From positions 2,356,001-2,420,000 of the forward strand of contig JAQFVV010000011.1 of the NCBI GenBank assembly GCA_028023455.1: a stretch of DNA of 64,000 bases, in the 5' to 3' direction. The stretch is from Epiperipatus broadwayi. Taxonomy: Eukaryota; Animalia; Onychophora. Below the pieces are notes generated by a model that worked only from the letters and a program-made list of their open reading frames with translations, did not search any database and was not told where the DNA came from. The position numbers and the translations under genes are program-made. Shown here one piece after another: positions 35,870-50,410 of the stretch (its first letter is position 1; each line of letters begins with the position of its first letter).

Positions 35870-36170
35870 TTTTTTGCCATAAAGGCTTTGGTGATTTTAT
35901 ATTGCTAAAGCTATTGATATATAGTGTATTTGAACTTAATTCAGTCCCATATGGCTATTTAAGTTAGATAATTGGATTGGAAGACATATGGATGTCTAAA
36001 AATTTCAGATTTTCTACTTAATAGTTATACATTGGATAAAGTTCTGGGCTTGTCCTGGTATTTTCAATCTAATGCTTGAATATCCTAGCAACTCACTGAT
36101 GACACCAGTAGCGGAAACCGGTGTGGGGTTCGGGATATTCTGCAAAACTTGTTAAGAGCTTACATAAACT
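35870..36170 (+). repeat. Family C hammerhead-bearing repeat, copy C1
   Basis: Matches the reverse complement of 49910-50210. Motif 36091-36128 is ctca-CTGATGA-...-GAAA-CCGG-TG-tggg; G at position 17 predicts an inactive ribozyme. Confidence 0.75.
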
Positions 36171-38089
36171 AGGTAATGTGATATCTGACTTGATTTTTTA
36201 CAAGTGTAGAACTTCTATGTAATTACTACTAATAAAAAATAGACTTTAGTCACTGACCAAAATATATAGATAGAATCGTACTACTTTTACTGGATAACCA
36301 TCTGCAATAAATGAAGGGATCACTTTCCTTTAAAACAAAAGTTATCACTTTATTGTGGATTCTAACCATTCATGTCAAGTGACTACACTTCCAACCTAGC
36401 ACATGTATTACCCAATAAAAGAAATCACTCATGACTCACATAACTCTGTCAAATGAATGCAGACTAACATAACATTGTTTTTATTTTTATGCTTGAATAC
36501 CTTCAATAGATGAGTATCATATTTCCATTTCTGTCACAATAAATTGTACTTCTCAAAAAAACGAGTTACATTTGTTATCTAGAGATATTCTAAAAATCAT
36601 TATATAAGTTTTTAAAAATTATTGCATGTAAATGGTCAAAACCACTAATATCAAACACTATAGCCTTATTTTAAAACACATCCTTTATCCTTTTTATTAA
36701 GTCTGAGATCAACCACAGTTTAGACTTTCCATATTCAGTTAAGATTTAATCTTTATCTCTTTTTCAGTACTTTTTGAATGATCTTATTTTAGATGAACCC
36801 CAAAAGTTATTCTCTTTTCCCATTACAACAATGGAATATCTACATCCAGCTATACAGGACACACATTTGGTTAAAGCTTCATAATATTCTACAGGTGTTT
36901 CAACTGTTATGTTTTACCTTTAAACACACCAATTTTTAAAAACTGTTTTATACTGGAGCTGATTTCTCCAATAATTAGTTAATATTAGTTCATTTGTTTG
37001 AAATTTATTCATGTTTTCTATTAAGAAAATTTATATTCCTTAAATAATAAAATATTTACACTATTATTTAATTTTTATATGCATATTATTCCACTATTAA
37101 TACCTATAATTTATTGTACATATAATCTGATATTTTAAATTTTCATACTTACATTGTTTATTGATGTAACTTATATTTTATTAGGACCATAAAACTATGT
37201 CAATATTAAATAACACAGTTGATATTTCATTCCATTAGCACCATCTTGTTAAAAATAACTGTTTTAAGAATCCATTAGTTACTTTTAATTCAGAACCTCT
37301 TACACATAAGTTGTACACTATTATTTATTTTTGTAAAGTTTATTAATAACCAAGACATATTATATACACTATATAGTTTGACAATTAAAGATTCGGTCAG
37401 GATTTATTTAAGGGAAAAAATTTAAAATTTTCATATTCATATTGTTTATTCAATAAATTTTTAGAAGCCATTTTGTTTATTCATGGATTATGCTGGATAA
37501 CTGTAAAAAAATCATACACTTGGTTTGTTTCATTAGATACATTTTTAGACTTTGTCAACAGTGCAATCATGTAAGGGTTTGCATTAAATAATATCATTAC
37601 CATGAAATTTATTAAGAATTAAATATTTTGGTGGACAATATCTTTTTAAAAATTGTTTTTTACTCATTTGAACCATAATGTGGATTATAGACCAATTACA
37701 AGTTTTTATCTAGAAAACAAATCCACATCTAAGGAAAAGTTTAGTAAGATGTGTAAAAAGATAATATGGCATAAAAACATATAATTATTGAAAAGTGAAA
37801 AGGTTATTTAGTCAAAGACAATGCAGCATAATAAAAAAAAAAAAGAAAGACAATATTGTTATTAAAAACATCATGCATAAGACAGCTGTGGAATTGATTT
37901 TAGGATCTCACATTGCAAAGTTTGCCACTCTAAACTTAATAATATACATGAGCACTAAAATGTCATTGATAAATACAATTTCATCACACACAGAATTACT
38001 GTAATTACAAGCTAATATTTTAAAAATAAGTTTTATTTTTAAATGCATTATTAATATATCATTTTTTCTATAAATTAGGATATTTAAAT

Positions 38090-38700
38090 AAAAGTGATTG
38101 GGAAGTCTAAACATTTTCATTTACATATAAATTTTATTATAACAATAAAAGTGCAATGAGCCTATTCATTTTTGGGTGATGGTAAAGTATATATGAAATA
38201 TATCTTGAGGCTTAAGCAATTGCCACAATAGATCTAAATAAAGAAGTGTTCCACTTATATTTAAATAAAAAATATTTACAATCAGAACCATGTTTCTCTT
38301 TTTTTTAAAAAAAAAACTCCCCCAATTATTCCCCCCTCACCCCCCTCTTTTATTATTAATTTTTCATTTTTTATTTCCCAATTTACTCAACTCCCAACAA
38401 TAAAGTGATTCGGAAATCTAAACATTTACATATAAGTTTTATTAATTAATGTAACAAAAGGATGTCAGAATGTTTAATTTGGCACAATGATAAGAATATA
38501 TCTGTAGCATATTTCAAGCCAAAGCTCAAAAATTCGAGACTCAGAAAATTTTCACAATAAGTCCGAATAAAGAAATATTTCTCTTATCCTTTCTAACAAT
38601 GAAATGATTTGAAATTGTAAACATTTTCATATAATTTTTTAAAAATTATCTTGCTATCTTGTCATTCCTATGATAAAGTACCTTTGCGATCTGCACAACT
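38090..38700. repeat. Old tandem duplication with a unit of ~310 bp
   Basis: taaagtgatt.ggaa.tctaaacattt at ~38090 and 38401; cacaata...aataaagaa at ~38225 and ~38555. Confidence 0.5.
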
Positions 38701-38889
38701 GGCATACTGGGGTTCTGAATATATATAAATTATGTAAGATTATCTTTCAAAAATTTACATATTAAAGAACAGTACAATTTTAACCCAAAACAAAGGATTC
38801 TGTCACTCATAGTTCTTTTAACATATTCTGGTCACAGAAAACTGATCTAAGATTTCAAAATAAAAATCATTATGCAGGATAATAAAAGA

Positions 38890-38988
38890 TTTGGTGGTCG
38901 AGAGATCAGCACAGCTGCCTTACAAGCAATTGTCCAAGGTTAGCAGGTTCACTTCCCGGCCAATGCTATGACACATGAAAAAAAAAAA
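38890..38988 (+). mobile_element. tRNA-derived SINE, copy S4
   Basis: tggtggtcgagagatcagcac...ggttcacttccc...atgctatgacacatg followed by poly-A. Confidence 0.75.
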
Positions 38989-41900
38989 GATTTATAAAAT
39001 TTCAAAAACTGAATTTTACAAAAAAAAAACAACAAAAAACATAGCAGATACAGGATTTTAAAAAGTTATATCCAAAGAGAGATTTATTATTATTATGTTA
39101 AATGAATAATAATATAAAAAAGGAGTGAATTTAGAATTTTAAAACTTTTGGTTTTCAAAAAATTAAAAATATGTAAAGGTAAAAATTAAAACAAAAGTTT
39201 ACAATTTGGTGAATTTTTATATGATGATTGTTAGCAATAATTGCTAACTGGTGATTTCTTTATTTTTTTATCTTTTATTTTGCTTTAAAGGTAATATTTT
39301 TAATCTTTCTTTTATGTTTGTCTCTAATTTTAATCAAATTTGTATTAATACTTGTATATCTGAATGTAATTTAATTTATACTTTAAAACAATGCATAACA
39401 CTAACAGGTATTAACCTAATGCTATAGAAATTGCTGTAGAATGCCATGATATATATATAATTTCTAATTTACTTTAAATATTTTATTTCAAAAACATGAA
39501 TTATAGACATTGGAAAAAATATGGTAATGATTTTTAAAATGCATTTTAACTAGAACGCACAAATATATATTTGCCTCTATTAATATACTCACATTCTATT
39601 TACCATTGGTAATTATTATTTAGTTTTTTTTAAGAATGGTATTTTGAATGTCATTGCTTGCTGATGATTTCTTTTAGCTTTCTATTTTTAAATTTTTTTA
39701 ATCACCCCCCCCCCAATTGGGCTCTTCAAATTATAAATTTGCTTTCATTAAAGAACATTGATGCATTAGTTTTTATCTGAATTATGTACAATAAAGCTAC
39801 AATAAATAATATGTCATTATTATTCAAAAGAGTTGTGTTTACATAAATTCACCATAAACATGAATTTACATGAGCAGAATTAAATAGTTATTAAGCTTAA
39901 CAATGACATACATATTTTTACAATTATAGCAGATATACCATTCACCCATTACCATTAGCCAAGTACAACATCTAGTTGCCATGCAAGTATTAAAACAAGG
40001 GATTTAAGATGCCCTTTAAGTGGCCGTAACACTTCTAGATATACCAGGGCAGCTTGTCTCATGTGAAGGTACGATAGTTCCAGCTGTACCATGACATCTG
40101 GTGTCATTAGGTTTAGTATCTAGCAACTTCCAGTTTGCTTTACAATATTGAGAACAATGTATGTACAGCTATTCAGCTCTGACAGATATTTGGTTGTTGT
40201 CTGATTCTATCTTCAAATGGACTGTCAATATATAGTCAGAGCCCTTCCATAATGAGAACAATCAAATCACTTATTGGCATTTTCTGGCATTGGCTATATT
40301 TTATCCATGCACACATCTATTAGTCTGTAGCAATGAACACTAAATTCTATTAAGACAAGATTGAATTTGGACAAGCCCATTACTTGAAGTAAGCTGAGCC
40401 ATAATAAAATGTAAATAAATAAAAAAATTGTAACATTAAAATATGTAAATTTAATAAATTTTACAATATGGCAACATCAATTTTTTTATCTTGTAGGGGG
40501 GGGGGGGCTTACTAATTCCAAATTTTCAAATGTTATAATTTAGATACATCCATTTTTAAATAAAGTTTTTTGGTTTATATTTAAAACACATATTCACCCC
40601 CCCCCCCTTTTTTTTTTTCTTCTTCTAAAGAATTGATAGGGTATAGTATTTTTTATAATAAAAGAAAATTTGTAAAATAATTTCCTTAAGTTAGAGGCTG
40701 GAAAAAAAAAACTAGTAAAATATTCTTGCCAGAAAGTTTAGTTTATATGAAGAGTTTACCCAAGAAACTGAAATGAGTAATTGCAAATAGGAGTCATTTA
40801 TAGATTCCAAAATGTATATACAGACTTTAAAACCTCAAACCAATTGGAGAGGCTGAGAATGGCAATAACAAGACTTTTATTATATTTCCATAGAAAAAAA
40901 AGTTATTGAAGAAAAAGATATTGTCTAAGTGTATAATTGTGATGAAACTGGATGTTCTAATACATTATTGGTTTGTGAAGATGAGACTGATATTTCGCTA
41001 TTTTATTTTTGAAATGTATGGATGTGAAGCCATTATTTTTGAGTGAATGCGAATGAACAAACACACACAATAAATATTTATTCAATTGCACTCTCTTAAT
41101 TTATTATTAATAAAAACATTATTTTTATCAGTGTTAAATGTAGATATGTGTGTGGTGGTGTTACTGTATATCTGTAGAACAATAAATAATATACATTGTA
41201 TTGTCAACAAAGCTTATAAATGAAATATGGGTTATAATTCACTATATATAATATAGACTAGGATGTTTGAAATAAATATAGCAGATATCATTGACTCTTT
41301 TGTATACAGTTATGATCTATATTGATTTGAATGGGATATTCTCATCAAACCATAGAAATAATAAATAACCCAAGTACCATTTACAGGTATAATAGCTTGA
41401 TAGAAAACCACAATATATAGACTTAATCTTTTTAGGTTTAATTGTCTAGATAATATCAAAATATCCTATTATTAATAAGGTGTTAATCTTTATTCTTGAG
41501 ACTGGGATGTAAGAGGAACGAAAACCGTATTAAATTCCAATAGAAATTCCACACCAACAATCTCAAAATATGTTTAAGAAAAGAGAGCTTAACAGAAAAG
41601 TTTTGAAAGGATCTAAAGTCAATGCTACTGAGATTTTATCATCTTCTGGCATCCCTGCATGAATTCAAATGTATAGATTAGCAGTAGCAAAAAAAAAAAA
41701 AAATGCCAGCATGCAACATAGGCAATTTATTGTTTGACTGAAAATTTGCGATAATAGCATTTTACTTGCAGTAATATAATTAATTATTTCCATCATCTAA
41801 AATTAATTGTTAATGTCTTTAGAAAAAAATTAAACTTTATTTAAACTTTTCAAATATATTCAACTTTCATTGATAGCATACGGATTAAAATATAATACAA

Positions 41901-43946
41901 TATTCTGAGTAGTATTCGTCTCTCTTTTCCAGGTATTGCTTACCTGGTCAGTGACAACATTAGGATATATAAGTTTGTGAATACTAAATTTAAAATGATG
42001 CTGTAACTATGCGACTCTGTCAAACGCTATCTTTATATGTGTCATCCAAGATGATCAGAAAGTGGTGAAAACGTGTGTTAGAGATAGCATTTCATTTTCA
42101 CTTGGATAGGACGTTATGAGACAATAAAGGGTTATATTATTTTTAACTTACCTATGAAAGAATATTATAGGTAGTCAATTATTGACTATTGAACTGGACA
42201 ACTCCCAGCAGGTTAGTTCCGGTCTATTATATCTGTTAATCTACTTATTATGCAAGGGCTAGGTTTAAAATTTAAAAAATAAATGTAAATGTAGCATTAA
42301 CAGTAATAAAAAAAAGACTTATTTTAATCATATCTTGTACATCAAACATGACCTCTTGCTTTGATAAAACGAATAATAATATTAACAATCATAGTGTCTA
42401 ATATCTTTTGGGAAACAAAACTGAGAGTTTGGTGGATAAATTAGGAAAGAAAATCCATGTAATCAAACACAGAATTTAATTTTAGTTATGTAATATCACA
42501 TTTATATAGTTCCTCATTTATCAAATTAGAAATAATTGTAATAATTAGCTATTTCTACAAATGGATATATGAACGATCATAAAAGTATATGTCTGCATAT
42601 ATTCTAAAATTTTCCACAAGTGATAAAACTATTTTAAACGTAATTAGTATCGCAGACACCACCAATGGATTTGACTGACACGCCATCAATCCTCTAAATA
42701 CGTACATACGTATTCAGTTGTTGGAATAAATACTTTAATGTAGTAACGCTAAATCATGTAGTTTTTATTTGGCATAGAAACGATTATTTCTTTATCTACA
42801 ATGGCGGTCAAGTCATATAATTTAATTTCATTAATCTAAGACCTCTTCTTTAAAATGTATAGAAGTTAAAGCGCGCAATACTTGCATTACAGAAGAATAC
42901 ATTTGATTGTAAAATTTGAGAGATTTTAAAATTAAATTGAAGTAAAAATTGGGTGGAGGGTCAATAAAAAAGATAAAAAAAAATTAAAAGTTTAATTAAG
43001 TTTCAAGTTATTCAGCTCTTTTAATTAACTCATTACAATAAAAATATTAAGCGATTTACATAATAAATATTTTAATCACAGAAAATGCAGTATCTCTGAG
43101 ACACCGTACTTACGAAGTAAACCAATTTCTTTTCTATTTTTTAAAAAAAATAGGAAATGGCCCCTAACTTTGAAAATGAGGCTGTAATGGAAGCTAAAAT
43201 AGAACGCTATAAATTCAATTTCTACCTTAATAGACAACCTTTTCGTAACAACTTATTATACAGAGTTTAAAGTGTAAATAGGAAACGGTATTCAATTGCA
43301 TTTTATTAAATAACCTGCATTACCCGTTCCCTTCGTTCTTATTTATTAAAGAAATCCTTCTCTAAGCCTGATCCACCTTTAATAAATTCCCCGTAGCAAC
43401 TTTACAACTGAGAACTGTGATGCCATCTTTTGTCTTCATAGTAACCCAGCTGTCAGTTACTATGACAACAGTAAATATTCACTTTTACAAGGTTTTCAAA
43501 AATCATAATAATAACCTGAGTTGGAATTGATGAAGACAAGGCTCGTATGAAAGGACAAGAATAATTTAATCTGTCTGTACCGAATCAATCAAAGAATGTC
43601 AAATCTTATAAAAATGTTTAAAATCTCACATTCATTCAAAAAGATTGGCATCTACATGATTAAAACTGGGGTCTTTCAAGACAGAAACAGTGCACTTAGA
43701 GAAACTTGAACTTGTTTTTCTTAGCAAAATAAAAAAAAATTCAATTCATTTAAGAACCATAATAGTGAAAAGTATTCACTTCAGAGAATATATTTAAGTT
43801 TGTATATGTAAGACTTTTCACATATGAAAACATTTTTACTGCTCTTTCCTAACCTTTCTATATATACACACACACATTATTTTGATCATATATCAAAAAA
43901 ATAGGAAACCACTCATTATTTCAACTGTAATCTGTAAGACTTCTTA

Positions 43947-44240
43947 TTCATCACATGATCACCATTTCCTAAGCTTATACAAGCAGTTAAAACCGTGACA
44001 AACTTTCTATATAGTAGTGCAACCCAACGCAAGCCATAGTAATCAACGGATAGAGAATTGCATTAGATCCTAAGATCTACATGCAGTGTTCTGAGATCCA
44101 AGACTCCTCACTGATAAATTCACAAGCTATATAATAGTCTGGGGATATTGGATGAGTATGTATTAGATAGAGTTTATGCACAAACCTTGCATCCATTGAT
44201 TTCTATGGCTTGCACTAGGTGGCACTACTATATAGTGAGT
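43947..44240. mobile_element. Family B foldback copy B2 (decayed hammerhead ~44105-44145)
   Basis: Inverted partial arm 43947-44050, then a forward unit with tcctcactgataa...agtctggggatattggatgag. Confidence 0.75.
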
Positions 44241-45565
44241 TTGTGTGCAGAAAGAAGAGAAGATATGGAAGTTATGCTGAGGACATGTGCAAGGGTGGAT
44301 AAAGAGATGGGGATTAAATTTAGTGAAGAAAAATAAAATATAATGATAGTTAATACTGGGAAAAGAGAAGATGTAGAATTTTTATTGGGGGATATAAAGT
44401 TAAGTGTGTGAATAGAGATGCAGTTATTTGGGAATCATCTTAAGTAATCAGAAAAATTGTTTGGATGAACGAGAGAGAAAATTGATAAATGAAGCAAAGA
44501 AAAGAAAGGGATTGATAAAGAAATTAACAGTGTTTTAATATAATAAATATGATGTAGCTGGAATTGTATGGAAGGGAGTTATAGTAGAAGGGTTAACATA
44601 TGGTAATGGTGCATTATGTGTTAGTAAGGGAGTATTAGATTATTTAGAAAAAGTACAAAGGGAAGTAGAAAGACATGCATTGGATGCAGATGTGTGACAG
44701 CAAAAGATGCAATTCAAGGAGAAATGAGATGGTCAAGTTTTTATATGAGAGATGCAAAAAGTAAAATGAAAATGTTTGGTAGGTTGCAGTTTATGGATAA
44801 TAAAAGAATAGCTAAAGTAGTTTTTAATTGGGTTATGAGTAAAGGACAAGCAACAAGATGGGTGAGAAAGGTAATGTGGTATGCAAAAGATTTGGATACA
44901 AATTTACATCAGTATATTTATACAAAAGGTGGGGTGATTGTGTTAGGAGGATTGTTGAGTGTTATAGTGGTAAGGAATGGGATAAAAAAATAGATGCATT
45001 AATAAAAAATAGGAAGTTGGAGAGATGGAAAACTAGTATGGAGAGTAAAAAGAGTTTATATATATATATATATATATATAGAAATGGAACATTGGGTGTG
45101 AATTAATTTATTATAATAACAAGGAAAGTAGTTTATTGTTTAAGGCTTGAATGGGATCTTTAGCAACAAGAGAATATACATGTAAATGGAAAAATATGGG
45201 TGATTTAGTCTGCAAATTGTGTAAGGAAGGCATAGAAAATATTAAGCATTTGTTGATTGAATGTAAGTGCTTGAAAGCAGAAAGGGTACAAATAATGATG
45301 TTATGGGAGAATAAATATGAACAAAGTGATTATACAGAAAGTGGGTTATTGGTTTTTATGTTGGGTTTGGAAAAAGATAAGGGGGATTTAGATATAAAGG
45401 CCATAAAGTTGACAAATATTATGTGGTGAAAATGGGATGGAGCAGATTATGGGAAAACTTAAGGTGGGGAATGGAAGGGGTGGCTAACGGGTTTCTCTGG
45501 GCATGGTTGTTGAGAGATTCCTGACTCCATTTAAGGAAAAGTCACAGTGTATCACATCACATCAC
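44240..45565 (+). mobile_element. 5'-truncated non-LTR retrotransposon, clade not determined (RT C-terminal half, zinc knuckle, (atcac)n tail)
   Basis: EDMEVML...GIKFSEEK, YLG-like, DAIQGEMRWSSF...RL..M...RIAKVV and CKLCKEGIENIKHLLIEC, with several frameshifts. Tail atcacatcacatcac at ~45551-45565. Confidence 0.8.
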
Positions 45566-46462
45566 TGTTTTAAGCCTTATTTTATTATAAATTATAACAC
45601 TTCCCCACTCTTTTCATCTCATGTTTTACATTTTCTAATATAAAATAATCAAATGGTTTATTATCTGAAAAATCATTTCATATTTGAGCACTAAAAATGG
45701 CAGGACTAAGCTGCAATCTATTTTTAGCAAACAATAATATGGAATAGTTAGTTACTCTGAAGGACATATGACATAACCCCTATGCTACCAGAATGAGTTT
45801 GTATCCAAAAATCTGCAACTTTTGTGTTCTTTACTCAATTACTGTGCTAATCCACATTGGATACCTATCTAATTACTATTACATACCCAAATTATCCAAC
45901 CTCTGTTGATGACATTTAATAGTGTTAAGGTAACAGTAGTATGCTATATATGCATAGAATAGGAGAGAAACTCATACTTGTCTAGCATTCAAAGTTAAGT
46001 GTTGTTACACTTTTGGTTGAGATCCAGATGGAATTTTACTGTATCTCAGCAGTTAATCTTCTTTATAGAAACCATATGCAATAAACTTGATTCACAAAGT
46101 TCAGTATTCTTTACCTTATGCTCTATGGTTTTTACAATATGTTATTTTCAATAAATAATCTTTTTTTTCCTCTTACTATTTCAACACACATTTCTAATCA
46201 TAATTTTATAATGCAAGTGGGATTATTTATATGATTGAATGAGTCAATTCAGTTACTGTTTTATATTTACAATTATTGAAGTTAAGCAAATACTTTGTAA
46301 GAATAGTTATTTGAATATTATTATCAGTATCCATTGCATGATTTGGTGAATTGGTACAATTATGCTCCAATCTGTCATTTTTGATGCTAGAATGACTTAT
46401 GATCTCTTTAGTGACAAACCATTTAAATCTTTATTTAAGTTATTATCATTAATGTTATTGTT

Positions 46463-46727
46463 AAACCACTAACCATCACATGATCACTATCTCTTATACT
46501 AGCACATAATTGTTATTAAACAGACAAAACTCTCCATACAGTAGTGCCACCTTGTGCCAACTAGAGTAATCAATGGATGTCAGAAGGCCACAAGCCAGAA
46601 ACTAATCTGGGGATATTGGATGAGTAGGCACTAGATAGGGATTTTATGCATAAGCCTTCTGGCACCCTTTGATTACTCTGGTTGGCACAGGATGGCACTA
46701 CTGTATGGAAAGTTTAACCTGTTTAAC
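46463..46727. mobile_element. Family B foldback copy B3
   Basis: The arms join at gaaggc|cacaagcc inside hammerhead stem II. Candidate TSD taa(t/c)gttattgtta at 46450-46463 and 46724-46737. Confidence 0.8.
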
Positions 46728-48000
46728 GTTATTGTTATTATTAGGTTTAGTCAAGTTGGTATTATCTGGTAATATTACAAATTATATTAAGGCTTTGTGT
46801 AAGGGTTTTATACTGTTTTCTTCCATGTCAACAGAAATGATATTTTACTATTGATATGACTATTCAATCAGAGAATTTGTGATGACTTTACAAAATTAAG
46901 AAACTATTCAGACTGATTAATAAGTATTGAAGAGCAAGTTGGAGAACTGATTAAAGAAAAGATTAAACAACTTAAAATAAAAAATCTGGAAAGCATCATT
47001 AATTAAATTCTTGACAAAGGAATTTAAGTAAGGAGAAGAATCAGATAAGGGAAAAAACTGTGGACTATATAAAACTCAGTATTTCAGCAGTAAAATGCTC
47101 TTTCCTTCTCCAGTAAAATTTGTGTGTTCTAGTATCAAGTTGCTCTGTTCCACTGTGAGAGTAAACCCTGAGACTCAGATCTGAAGAAACAGAGACCCAA
47201 TTAGTTTTTAAGCAGATCATCCTAATCTTATTTTTGGTTATGTAAACCTAAAGGGCTACCAGGGTTTAATTTTGGGGAATTTGTACCATACTTGTCTAAG
47301 TTGGGGCAGTAAATTTAAGAGTGCTGTAAATGTATTTAGAAACTGAGTCTGTCTATTTATCTACATATGAAATATGTGTATGTATATATTATGTTTAAGT
47401 GCATGTAATCAAATTTTGCTATATTTGAAATGTCTAATAAATATTATTTGACTAAGACACTCTCATAAATATATTATTTGGGGGTGTTTCTCAGTGGAAT
47501 TGGTCAGGAGAATTTACCATAATACAAATGCTTATAATTTCAGATAATAATAATAATAATAAATACACTAAATAATTTTTTGTATATTTGTCTATTTAAA
47601 AACAAAAACATTAATAGGAGGTGATTCACAGTATTAACGATAATATAAGATAAAATATTACTTGATTCTTTAGCATATACATTCTGATACAAACAAGAGT
47701 AGCTTTTAGCCCTAGTGCCACCTTTAGTAAGTTTAAGTAATTAGTAATTACTCAGGTATATTAAAGGTAACTTCCGGATAGAGAACTGCTCTTGCTTTAT
47801 TATATATAAGTAACATCTATTTAGTACTTATATTATGGAACAAGCATTAACAGTTTCATTTTGATTTGGTGCACTGGATTCTGGAGTTCAATTAAGGGAT
47901 TGCAGTCCAACTATCTTACTTTGGATGCTAAGAAATAACAGATTAATTATTATTTGATTATTCTTCTTTTTCACTTTCTTTGCATATCTTTATATAATCA

Positions 48001-48235
48001 TATATATTGCTTATACCACTTCTCTCATATACACTTTAATGCAACAAATTTTCTTAAAAACTTCTTTATTTTCCTTACAGTTTTGACTGTCCAGCAGTCT
48101 TCATCAGAGCTCTATATTCTTCTCTGCCTGATGAAGATTGGTGGACAGTCGAAACTGTAAGGAAAATAAAGAACTTTTTAAGAAAATTTGTTGCATTAAA
48201 GTGTATATGAAAGAAGTGTTATAAGCAATATATAT
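48001..48235. repeat. Family E foldback: two inverted ~107-bp arms, each starting with a hammerhead-like core
   Basis: 48001-48107 is the reverse complement of 48128-48235. The plus arm reads CTGATGA-A-GATTG-gtgga-CAGTC-GAAA-CTGTAAGG. The minus arm reads CTGATGA-A-GACTG-ctgga-CAGTC-AAAA. Confidence 0.85.
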
Positions 48236-49290
48236 TATTTTATTACATATTATTCATCACCAAAAAGAAAAAAAACAGTATAGAAAATTGATTTATACAT
48301 AGAAAACCTTCAAGAGTAAATAAAAATAGATCAATGATTAATTATATAGTTGATGATTTTGAGAACTTCATGGCCCACTGGTTAACAGGCCTACCTTCCA
48401 TGCCCCTGATTATGATTTCAAGCCTGAGATAGGTAAAACTTTTATAGTTTTTCAGATCTCAAACAGGCTTAAAAATTTTTTAGGTGGGCAACTCAGCTAA
48501 CTAGCTGCAATGGTTGGTAAATAGATATCTAACTAGAGAGTAAAGGTCCTAGATTAATCTGTGCCAGTTCGATGAGAGCTGATATATTAACCATATTTTT
48601 TTTAAATGGTTGAAAATTTAAGATGTCATTTATTACTAGCGGTGCAGGAGTCACATTCTTATAGCATTGAGCCTATAGTTATCAATACTTTAAAAAACAA
48701 AACACATAGTTTCTTTTAAAACATATGTGTATAATTTTCAGTACTCTACAATAATTTTTCTGGCTGCAAATTATATAAAAAAATAAAAATTCTTCAATTA
48801 AAATTTATAGACAAATGTGTCTTTTGAAAGAGATTGCCATATTTGTATACATAAGTGTACTTAAATAGTAAAATTTCAAAGACAATTAGATTACTACTAA
48901 AAACATCAGACATAAAAATAAAAAATTGATCACACTTATTGTCTTAATAATGTATGAATTATATGAGAAGAATGTACAAATTCATGATAAATTGTGAACA
49001 CAATACATGTAATAAAAGCGATGTCATGTTATGTACGACTTGCTTTATTGATTATTACAATACATGTAATATCAATAACAAATTAGCCAATAGAATACCA
49101 TTAAATAGGCACTGAACTTTTATTATTTAAACCACTATTTATCATTTTATTTTATTCATTTTAGTGAAAGTGCTAGAAATTTTGATTTTTAAAAATTGTA
49201 ACTGAAGATTACATTTATATATATATACACACACACATATATGAAAATATCCCAATTCATTTCATTAGCTGCAGATTCAAATACAAAATC

Positions 49291-49514
49291 TTCAAATCAC
49301 CCTCCCAAACATTATGTTTTTCCAGCAACGCCCTCTGCGAATGAATATAAAGCCTGAACTTCAAACAGTATGACTCAAAAAATACTCTAAAATGAAACCC
49401 TCTTGGATCATAGACTGCAGTGGGGTATCCTTTTGAGTCATGCTGAAGTTCTGACCATATTTATTTGCAGAGGATGTTGTTAAAAAAGCATACCATTAGA
49501 GAGGGTGATTTGAA
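49291..49514. repeat. Decayed MITE-like foldback (~95-bp arms)
   Basis: ttcaaatcaccctc / gagggtgatttgaa; gaacttca...atgactcaaaa / ttttgagtcat...tgaagttc. Confidence 0.65.
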
Positions 49515-49879
49515 CATTACACACATATTATAACCCAGCCTTTGATCGTTACCTTATAACTGACTGCAGACAAATCTCTCTATCCAACACCCTTTAAAAC
49601 TTTCAAATCTCTCGGGTTCTTTTATAGTATAAATCACAAATAACGAATATAATAAATAACAAGAATAATAATAAATATCTTAATTAAATACTCTTATTAG
49701 GTTACAACTATGGGGTTACCTATTCTCTCAGATTTCATGTTATAAGCATAGATATCTTAAAACTAAATACTAATTCAAGTTTCAATATTTTAGTTGTATC
49801 TCAGGTTCTCATTATACTTAGCATAAAATAATTATAGTAGGCATTTCAATATTCTCATATCCAATATTTATTTAAATTG

Positions 49880-50410
49880 TAAATAAAACATTTTATATAA
49901 TGAGCATTAATAACTCTTAACAAGCTTTTCTGAATATTCCTATCCTTAGACCAGTTTCTAGCTGTTGGCTGTTGCCAATAAGTTACTAGGATATTCAGAT
50001 ATTAGATCTAAAAAATACCAGCTCAAGACTAGCATTTATTTAAATAGTCAACTATTTAAGTAAAATATCTGAAATTTTCAAACATCTATATATCTTCAAA
50101 TCCAGCTATCTAACTTAAATAGCCATATGGGACTGAATTACGTCTAGATATACCATATATTAACAGCTTTAGCAATATAACATCTCAAAAGCCTCAAGAG
50201 CAAAACTATAATTGCAAGGAAATCAAATCATACATCATGTGATTTAATTTAATAAGCTTGTATTACAAATGTTATATAATAAGCTGGTATTTTTAGATCT
50301 AATGTCTGAATATCCTAGTGCCTCACTGATGACAGCCAACAGCTAGAAACTGGTCTGGATAGGGATATTCAGAAAAGCTTATTAAGAGCTATTAATGCTC
50401 ATTATATAAC
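49880..50410. repeat. Family C head-to-head pair
   Basis: 49880-50050 is the reverse complement of 50240-50410. Plus-strand hammerhead 50321-50360 is cctca-CTGATGA-c-AGC-caaca-GCT-a-GAAA-CTGG-TC-tgg. The minus-strand core is decayed. Confidence 0.8.

Noticed and set aside
39960-40400. GC-richer segment with short open frames on the minus strand
   Set aside because: No motif or splice context. It could be an old TE or UTR and cannot be called.
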